Positions 57,308 through 64,000 of a stretch of DNA of 64,000 nt are shown piece by piece. Location of the stretch: IMG/VR virus record IMGVR_UViG_3300032053_000045, positions 9,818 to 73,817 of that record; one strand, 5' to 3'. The notes under the pieces are model-generated. The model had not been told where the DNA came from and searched no databases. It worked only from the letters and a program-made list of their open reading frames with translations. This stretch comes from a virus. A program made the position numbers and the translations under genes. The stretch's first letter is position 1, and each line of letters opens with the position of its first letter.

Positions 57308-60300
57308 ATGCCCACTTTAGTTTTAAATCCTTCTGCTGATACATATATAGCATCTAACGCGGCTGCCGTAAATTATGGGGCTTTGCCGACTTTTCTTGTT
57401 GGGAACAACAAAATAATAAATCCTCTTCCGGCTCCTCCAACATATGAAATTTGGAAAGGATTATTAAAATTTGATTTGTCGGCTATTCCATTAAATGCTT
57501 ATGTATTTTCTGCTTCTCTTTCAATTTATGATTTAGGTACAGATCTATCTAGTGATTTACCCGTTTCAATTTATTCAATTTTACAAAATTGGATTGAACT
57601 CCAAGCAACATGGAATGAAAGAACAACTGGAGTTTCATGGAGTGGAGCTGGTTGTAGTGTGGATAATGCTGATTATAATCCTAATCCAATTACTACCCAA
57701 ACAATTAGTTTTGCAACTGTCCAATGGTATAATTTTAATGTTGCATATCAAGCACAGAATTGGATATGGGGAACATCAAATTATGGATTTTTATTAGCTA
57801 ATTTAAGTCCAAGTTTATTCTTTGGTCCTAATAAAGAATTTTATTCAAGAAATTTTGGAACACCAGCATCAAGACCAAAATTAACAATTGTATATGAATT
57901 AGCAGCTAATATTCCTACATTAACATCAGAGCCAACGTATACAAAGGGTATTTCAAATACAATAACATGGTCAGATGAGAGTTCATCTGGAGCACTTGAA
58001 TATTATCCTCAGGCTTCTTCCAGTAGTAATTTTGCAACAGGAATAAAAAATCTTTCTAATATACAAAGAGTAGAATATATTGCTCCTACGACTTACAACC
58101 AGGTAGAAACATTTTATTCTATTGGGCAAATTACTGGAGTATTTTTAAATTCTTCTCAAACAGGAACTAATTATTATTCTCCGGGAATATTTACAAAAAA
58201 TGTAATTAATCTTGGCGTAAATATTCCATCAATAACAACTTTGATTCAAACGGGAACTGGTTTGAGTGATATTCAGGCAACTGGAAATTATACTGGTGGC
58301 TCGACTCGCAGAACATATGTTGTAAAAATATCTACTAATGGGACACCTGATAAATTTGATTGGTCAGATGATGGTGGAAATACTTGGACTACTACCGTTA
58401 ATATTACAGGAGCTCCTCAATTATTAAGCCATGGAATTTCTATCACATTTGCTTCTACTACTGGACATACAATAGGAAATTACTGGACATTTTTTGGGCA
58501 AGTTAAACCCGTGTATGTTTTTTACATAACAAACGGATGGGTGCCTGCCAGAACAACAGCGACTTTTGAAGATTTAATTGATGGGACTAAATATTATTAT
58601 CGGGTAAAGTCAAGAAATATATTACTTGCGGAAAGTAATTGGTCTAATATTGTTTTTTCAACACAAGATAATGGAATTAATTTATTGACATTAATTTCTC
58701 CAAATGGAACAGAGGTATGGGATGGCGGATTTAATAAAGTAGTCCAATGGATCGCTGATGATGATTCTACCACAACGAAGGGATCAAGTGGATTAACAAC
58801 GGATGCCATAGTTTATCACAGTGTAGATAGTGGAACAAATTGGACTCAATTAGCAACTTCTCCCAATTATAATAATGTTTATCAAGAAGCACAAACTTCT
58901 ATAACAGATAGAAGAGTTTATACTGAGTATTATATATATGATGTTTATGGGGTTTGGTTGTCAACTGATCCAATGGTTATCGGAACTGCTACTTTTACTG
59001 GAACTGGATTAAATGATTTAGCAACTTCAGGAACATATACAGCTAATAATACGAGAACATACAGAATTAAAATTGATTCTGTTGGAGGAACTGATACTTT
59101 TAGTTGGTCAGACAGTAATGGAGTATCTTGGAATGCAACCGGAGTAGCAATTACCGGAGGAATTCAAGCCTTAAACAATGGAGTAAGAATAACTTTCGGA
59201 GCTGTTACTGGACATACATTGTCTGATTATTGGAGATTTACAACCGGACATCTTGGAATAAATTATTATTATAATTCAACTACTAATCAATATGGCTCAT
59301 TTGACAGAAGAGAAATAACATTAGTAACTCCACTGGCAACTGACACAACTGATGTAGTTATTGAATATGCTACATATGGAAAATATACATGGACTTTGCC
59401 AATAAATCAAGATTCAACAACAACCAGAATAAAAGTTAAAGTTACAGATAACGTCGGTAATGAGGCTGAAGATTATAGTGATAAAGATTTTACTGTAATA
59501 ACTATTAAAAATAGGCTTCATGATAGTGTCTATGATACATCCCCCGGAAGTAATATAAATAATTTGATGAAGACTTATGCTTATAATAACCAACAAATAA
59601 GTCACGGGACCGATAATGTTAAAAGAGGATATACGATTAATCACGCAGAAAATACTGATTTGGATCTACAAGGATATGGATATGGAGTTTTAAGGGACAC
59701 GGACGAAAATGATGAAGACTATAGAGTAAGAATAATCAACAGTCTTTCGGCTCTTAAAAATACAAGACAGGCCATCTTAGATTGTGTTGCTCCATATACA
59801 ACAAGAGCGTGGATATATGAATGGATGGGTGATTGGGAACATGATTATTGTTTTTATTTAGATTGGTCATTTCTTGATTACCGAGACTATATTAGTGGGG
59901 GTATGATTCCCGGAAGAGAAGGAATGCCGTATACCTTCGAGCTCCATGTTATTCCTAAACAGATCAAAAGAATAGAATTGGTTGATGTAACAACAACTTC
60001 AAGTTTGTATACAGATTATCCAATATTGTATCTTGATGGCGTTTTTGCTAATGAAGATTTATCCGGAACGAATTATTATTTACCTAAGCCACCTGGAAAT
60101 TTTTCAGTAGGTCCTGCAGTTTTTACTGGAGTAGGCTTGAATGATATGACAAGTGGGGGATATTATTTATTAGGAACAACAAAAACTTATCGTGTTGAAA
60201 TAGATTCTCTTGGGGCGGTTGACACATTTAAATGGTCAAATAATAATGGAGTTAATTGGGTTCAATCAGGGGTTTCAATAATACCTGGAGGGCAAGTACT

Positions 60301-60592
60301 TTCTTTTGGGACTGTCGCGGATAATGTTTATATAACTTTTGCCGCCGTAAATGGTCATTCAATGGGAGATTATTGGAGTTTTGAATTAAATAATAGATTA
60401 ATTTCTTTAGGTACTTTGTTAGCAACAAGCCAAACAGAAGTATATGTAAGTTATACTCCTCAAACAGTTTTGAGAAAAATTGCAGATGCAGTTTTGAGAA
60501 CAAGGCCGGCCGGAGTATTGCCGTATATCATATTACATCTTGGTGGATATTACGGAGAAAATCTCTACGCCCAAATTATATACGGAAGTTAA
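57308..60592 (+). CDS. Large baseplate protein with N-terminal DNRLRE-like domain, FN3-like part and gpI-like C-terminus
   Basis: PSADTYI...NYG...LLKFDLS.IP; YYYRVK; DLD..G..YG..R...E.DEDYR.RI; RPAGV. Confidence 0.75.
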   Translation: MPTLVLNPSADTYIASNAAAVNYGALPTFLVGNNKIINPLPAPPTYEIWKGLLKFDLSAIPLNAYVFSASLSIYDLGTDLSSDLPVSIYSILQNWIELQATWNERTTGVSWSGAGCSVDNADYNPNPITTQTISFATVQWYNFNVAYQAQNWIWGTSNYGFLLANLSPSLFFGPNKEFYSRNFGTPASRPKLTIVYELAANIPTLTSEPTYTKGISNTITWSDESSSGALEYYPQASSSSNFATGIKNLSNIQRVEYIAPTTYNQVETFYSIGQITGVFLNSSQTGTNYYSPGIFTKNVINLGVNIPSITTLIQTGTGLSDIQATGNYTGGSTRRTYVVKISTNGTPDKFDWSDDGGNTWTTTVNITGAPQLLSHGISITFASTTGHTIGNYWTFFGQVKPVYVFYITNGWVPARTTATFEDLIDGTKYYYRVKSRNILLAESNWSNIVFSTQDNGINLLTLISPNGTEVWDGGFNKVVQWIADDDSTTTKGSSGLTTDAIVYHSVDSGTNWTQLATSPNYNNVYQEAQTSITDRRVYTEYYIYDVYGVWLSTDPMVIGTATFTGTGLNDLATSGTYTANNTRTYRIKIDSVGGTDTFSWSDSNGVSWNATGVAITGGIQALNNGVRITFGAVTGHTLSDYWRFTTGHLGINYYYNSTTNQYGSFDRREITLVTPLATDTTDVVIEYATYGKYTWTLPINQDSTTTRIKVKVTDNVGNEAEDYSDKDFTVITIKNRLHDSVYDTSPGSNINNLMKTYAYNNQQISHGTDNVKRGYTINHAENTDLDLQGYGYGVLRDTDENDEDYRVRIINSLSALKNTRQAILDCVAPYTTRAWIYEWMGDWEHDYCFYLDWSFLDYRDYISGGMIPGREGMPYTFELHVIPKQIKRIELVDVTTTSSLYTDYPILYLDGVFANEDLSGTNYYLPKPPGNFSVGPAVFTGVGLNDMTSGGYYLLGTTKTYRVEIDSLGAVDTFKWSNNNGVNWVQSGVSIIPGGQVLSFGTVADNVYITFAAVNGHSMGDYWSFELNNRLISLGTLLATSQTEVYVSYTPQTVLRKIADAVLRTRPAGVLPYIILHLGGYYGENLYAQIIYGS

Positions 60593-60640
60593 TTAAAAGA
60601 AATGAAAAAAATAATTACTAATAATTGGAGAAAATATTAA

Positions 60641-63505
60641 ATGGAAAAACAGGTCTTTTATCCGAGAGAAAAACTGCTGGCAACAGATCTAAATAATACA
60701 ATAACAGACACTGAAACTTTCGGAAAAACAATAATAACAGATTTGTTAATACAAAAATCTGGATTAAATTATCCAATTATTTTAAGTGGATTAACTGGTT
60801 CTCCGGCAATTGTTCCTGATGACACTGTGACAGTTTCAGCCGGACTTGCCTATAGTTCTGCTGGTGAAAGAATAGAAGTTCCTTCTCCTGTAACTCTTGT
60901 ATGGGATGGGACAAATGCCCCTGGATTTCCAACAAATCATGCATTTAGAAGAATAGATGTTGTTTTAATAAGAAGAGCTTCTGTAAACGTTAATTCAACA
61001 AGATATTTTATTGATGCTAATCCCGCTTCATCAACATTTGGACAACAGATAGTTTCATCTGTAACAATTGGACAAACTGATGGATATGAATTTTTTGTTC
61101 AAACAGGAACTGAGGCTGCTGATCCCCCAATTCCAACACCAATTGCAGGATGGATTCCATTATTCCTTGTCTATGTTCATTCATTCAATGATGCAGGAGG
61201 TCCTCTTACATTTGTCGACACTGGGGCCACACACCCTGGATCGAGTTTTTGGAGAGGCTGTCCTTCACCCCCCGGACCAGATTATGGTTCCGATATAGAT
61301 AATTATTATTATCAAAATTATAACAAAATAACATTATCTGCATTAGAAGACAAACTATTCGATATTCCCATTGATGAGAACATTGGAGCTGGAACTACCA
61401 GAGCAACAGATACAATTTCTCCTAATTGGACAAATGGGGTTGTGACTTTAGCTACTACTGTGGATGTTACCTCTCCGATAACAAGAACTGAATTTGTTGG
61501 TTCAGGACTCAATGATATGGATAATTTTGGAAGTGACTATGATCCAAGTATTAGTGGATATGGCCCATGGCAATATCATATAGAAATTGATACTATTGGG
61601 GCGACAGATAAATTTAAATGGAGAGAACTTGACTCAGGAGCTTGGACTCTTGCAGTTCCGATAACAGCTGGAGCTCCACAGGTTTTAAGTAATGGAATTC
61701 AAGTCACATTTGCGGCCGGAACAGGACATAAACTTGGAGATTATTGGGAATTTGATGTTTCAACAATATCAAGACAACCTGTTTATGGAGCTAATAATAC
61801 TGCGGAGCCTGAACCGGAAAATTTTATATTTGGAAAAATAACAAGTATTATTCCCGGGGCCGTTACAGTAACATTTTATAGAGGCAATCCAGAAGGAACT
61901 CTTGGTGTAGATTATTGGGCTTCAAATTGTAACACGGATGTTTATTTAACTTATCCATTGAGAGTTCCATTAAGAAATTTACCTACAGATGTTTTTAGAA
62001 ATAATTTCCAGACTGGTGTTTCTATTGATATGAATTTAGAAAAAAGAATTGAAGAAATAGAAACTGGAATAACTTTAGATCCTTTGTATCTTCGTAGAGA
62101 TGTTTCTGCTCCTGCCGGTAATACTCTTAATCGTCAAATTTCAATCAGATCAGATTTATTTTCAGTTCCAGGAGTAGCACCATTTATTGTTACTCCGACA
62201 GCTCCTGGAGTTCCAACTGGAATTTGTGCAGAATTAAATGCAGACAGATTAGACAGTTTACATATTGGGCAAGGAGTTTCACCAACCACCAATTATATTC
62301 CTTATGCAGATGGGGCAGGAAACGTAGGTATCGGAACTGCTCCTTCTTATGCCATTGATATTTCGTCTAACCGGGCAATTAGAATTCAAGGGGCAAGCGG
62401 TTATTTATACACAAACAATATTAATCCAGCAACAGGTGGCAATCTTCGTATAAATGCAAATGTTGGAGTAAATACAGTTCCGAGTTATACTTTCGATGTT
62501 AGTGGATCTGGTAGATTTACTAGCAGTTTATATGCTAATTCTACTTTGACTGTCACTAGTACTACTACCTGCAATGGAACTTTAATTGCAAATAGTTATT
62601 TAAATAGCTATGCTTATGCATATTTTGATTCTCATGTTGGAATTGGATTTCCAATTTACACTGGTTCTTGCAGATGTGATATAAAAAATACTAGCGGATA
62701 TAATGGAGCTTTAAGTGTGGAAGATACTGTGTCTGGGCACACTGCTATGTGGGTTAATGCGAGTGCGACGGGACCTGGCTCTAGTATAGGAATTTATGCT
62801 GAGTCTCATCAAGATGCCGGATATGGAGTTCACGGGCAAGGACCGGTGGGTATTTATGGAACAGGAACTGTAGGTGTTTCGGGGGCCGGAGTATTTACTG
62901 GACTTAGCACAACCGGGGTGCAGGGGACTGGAGACGTTGGCATTTATGGATATGGAAGTTTATATGGGGGTTACTTTTTTGGTAATACTGGAATTTATGC
63001 GAATTCTTTAGCTCCAACAACTCAATATAGTGGATATTTTGCTGCTGGAATTTTTGTAGAAAAAGATTCGACATCGGGCGGAGCAGGCCCGGTGACCCTT
63101 GGAATCAGAGAACATTGGATACCTTCTGGAGTTGGAACTGTTGCGGTATGGATAGATAGAGGCGGAGCTGTCGGAGAACTAGCCTTACAAGCTTCATCGA
63201 TAAAATTTAAAAAAGACATCAATGATTTATCAATCGATTTAGAAAAAATTTATCAATTAAGACCCGTATCTTTTAAATGGAAAGATTCTATCATTGATAA
63301 CCAGAAAGGAGAATATGATTTTGGTTTATTGGCTGAAGATACATATAAAATAATCCCAAGATTAGTTTCTCTGTCAAACGAAGGTGAACCAATATCGGTT
63401 AGTTATGAAAAATTGGGAGTTTTACTTCTAATGGTAGTAAAAGATCAGAAAAATAAAATGGATCAACTAGAGAAAAGAATTTCTCTATTGGAAAAAGGTA
63501 AATAA
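60641..63505 (+). CDS. Tail fiber/spike with C-terminal intramolecular chaperone (peptidase S74-like)
   Basis: LNADRLD, GNVGIGT, G(I/V)YG repeats, SS.KFKKDI..L......LRPV.F.WK...GLLAED. Confidence 0.85.
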   Translation: MEKQVFYPREKLLATDLNNTITDTETFGKTIITDLLIQKSGLNYPIILSGLTGSPAIVPDDTVTVSAGLAYSSAGERIEVPSPVTLVWDGTNAPGFPTNHAFRRIDVVLIRRASVNVNSTRYFIDANPASSTFGQQIVSSVTIGQTDGYEFFVQTGTEAADPPIPTPIAGWIPLFLVYVHSFNDAGGPLTFVDTGATHPGSSFWRGCPSPPGPDYGSDIDNYYYQNYNKITLSALEDKLFDIPIDENIGAGTTRATDTISPNWTNGVVTLATTVDVTSPITRTEFVGSGLNDMDNFGSDYDPSISGYGPWQYHIEIDTIGATDKFKWRELDSGAWTLAVPITAGAPQVLSNGIQVTFAAGTGHKLGDYWEFDVSTISRQPVYGANNTAEPEPENFIFGKITSIIPGAVTVTFYRGNPEGTLGVDYWASNCNTDVYLTYPLRVPLRNLPTDVFRNNFQTGVSIDMNLEKRIEEIETGITLDPLYLRRDVSAPAGNTLNRQISIRSDLFSVPGVAPFIVTPTAPGVPTGICAELNADRLDSLHIGQGVSPTTNYIPYADGAGNVGIGTAPSYAIDISSNRAIRIQGASGYLYTNNINPATGGNLRINANVGVNTVPSYTFDVSGSGRFTSSLYANSTLTVTSTTTCNGTLIANSYLNSYAYAYFDSHVGIGFPIYTGSCRCDIKNTSGYNGALSVEDTVSGHTAMWVNASATGPGSSIGIYAESHQDAGYGVHGQGPVGIYGTGTVGVSGAGVFTGLSTTGVQGTGDVGIYGYGSLYGGYFFGNTGIYANSLAPTTQYSGYFAAGIFVEKDSTSGGAGPVTLGIREHWIPSGVGTVAVWIDRGGAVGELALQASSIKFKKDINDLSIDLEKIYQLRPVSFKWKDSIIDNQKGEYDFGLLAEDTYKIIPRLVSLSNEGEPISVSYEKLGVLLLMVVKDQKNKMDQLEKRISLLEKGK

Positions 63506-63542
63506 TATATGGATAAGACAGTTTTTAATTGATAAGATTTAT

Positions 63543-63588
63543 GGGGTTAGTGCTCTAACCATTAGCCCCTTACTTCGTTAGAGGGGGT
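63543..63588 (+). promoter_or_regulatory. RBS-masking pseudoknot upstream of HEG-like gene (short form)
   Basis: Stem ggggttagtg/cattagcccc; loop ctctaac pairs with gttagag (63577-83) overlapping GAGGGGG. Confidence 0.75.
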
Positions 63589-63593
63589 AAAAA

Positions 63594-63873
63594 ATGAGTA
63601 ACAAATTACCAAGAATAAAAAAGAATTGTTTGAATTGTAATAAAGAATTAAAAGTTAGTATAAATGATAAAAGAAAATTTTGTAGTCATAAGTGTTCTAC
63701 TGATTATAATTGTTGGCCAAGAATAAAGAAAAACTGTTTATATTGTGGAAAAGAATTTGAATCATTAGAAAGTTCACACAGAAAATTTTGTAGTAAATCA
63801 TGTTCTCAAAAAAGAAATTGGACTAATCCTGAATATAGAGAAAAAATGGTTAGTATAGCAGAAATAATGAGAG
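63594..63873 (+). pseudogene. N-terminal part of a Cys-repeat endonuclease-like gene, probably interrupted
   Basis: MSNKLPRIKKNCLNC.KE..VSINDK.KFCS..C matches an internal block of ORF 10085; composition changes after 63873. Confidence 0.6.
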
Positions 63874-64000
63874 GTGAACTAATGCTACCTAAAGGTATGC
63901 ATCTTCTTTCTGTAAACGAATCCATGATGGATTCTGAGAAAGCTTCGATTCAGGCAGTTCCTGCCTTACTACTCCGAGTTTTCTTTCTTTGGTCCTTGAT
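63874..64000 (-). mobile_element. Probable right end of an IS200/IS605- or IS607-type (tnpB) element
   Basis: Minus strand reads ggcaggaactgcctgaa...gaagatgcatacc-ttta-ggtagcattagttcac, resembling tnpB omegaRNA/right ends; remainder lies outside the window. Confidence 0.55.

Noticed and set aside
231-63222. Many short minus-strand and nested ORFs in the track
   Set aside because: Shadows of plus-strand genes with no RBS or motifs; only 54317-55036 is supported
1-64000. Stop-codon reassignment as the cause of the ORF gap
   Set aside because: TAA, TAG and TGA all end well-packed genes elsewhere; introns explain the gap
1-64000. tRNA/rRNA genes, terminase, integrase, host assignment
   Set aside because: None recognisable in this window; the host cannot be assigned beyond bacterial-type promoters and RBSs

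Overview
AT-rich, almost entirely plus-strand segment of a large contractile-tailed (myovirus-like) phage genome, standard genetic code. Gene order: accessory genes (CBM-like, holin-like, Hsp20); a 7-gene glycan synthesis/modification cluster (3.1-9.3 kb); a block of Lys-rich modular putative head proteins; HK97-type portal; prohead protease/scaffold; major capsid gene; MuF; neck; sheath; three tube-like genes; frameshifted tail chaperones; tape measure; baseplate; tail fiber. Main discovery: the ORF-poor gap at 28.5-36.3 kb is the major capsid protein gene, split into 17 exons (11-344 nt) by 16 group I introns (6862 of 7780 nt). Splicing by hand at the U.G and omega-G junctions restores one stop-free 918-nt frame encoding a 305-aa HK97-fold capsid protein. 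Three introns carry homing endonuclease genes (HEGs) with internal promoters. All six HEG-like genes in the window are preceded by a covarying pseudoknot that masks the Shine-Dalgarno sequence. A probable IS200/IS605-type (tnpB) right end interrupts the last gene. All calls come from reading the sequence by eye; no searches were run.
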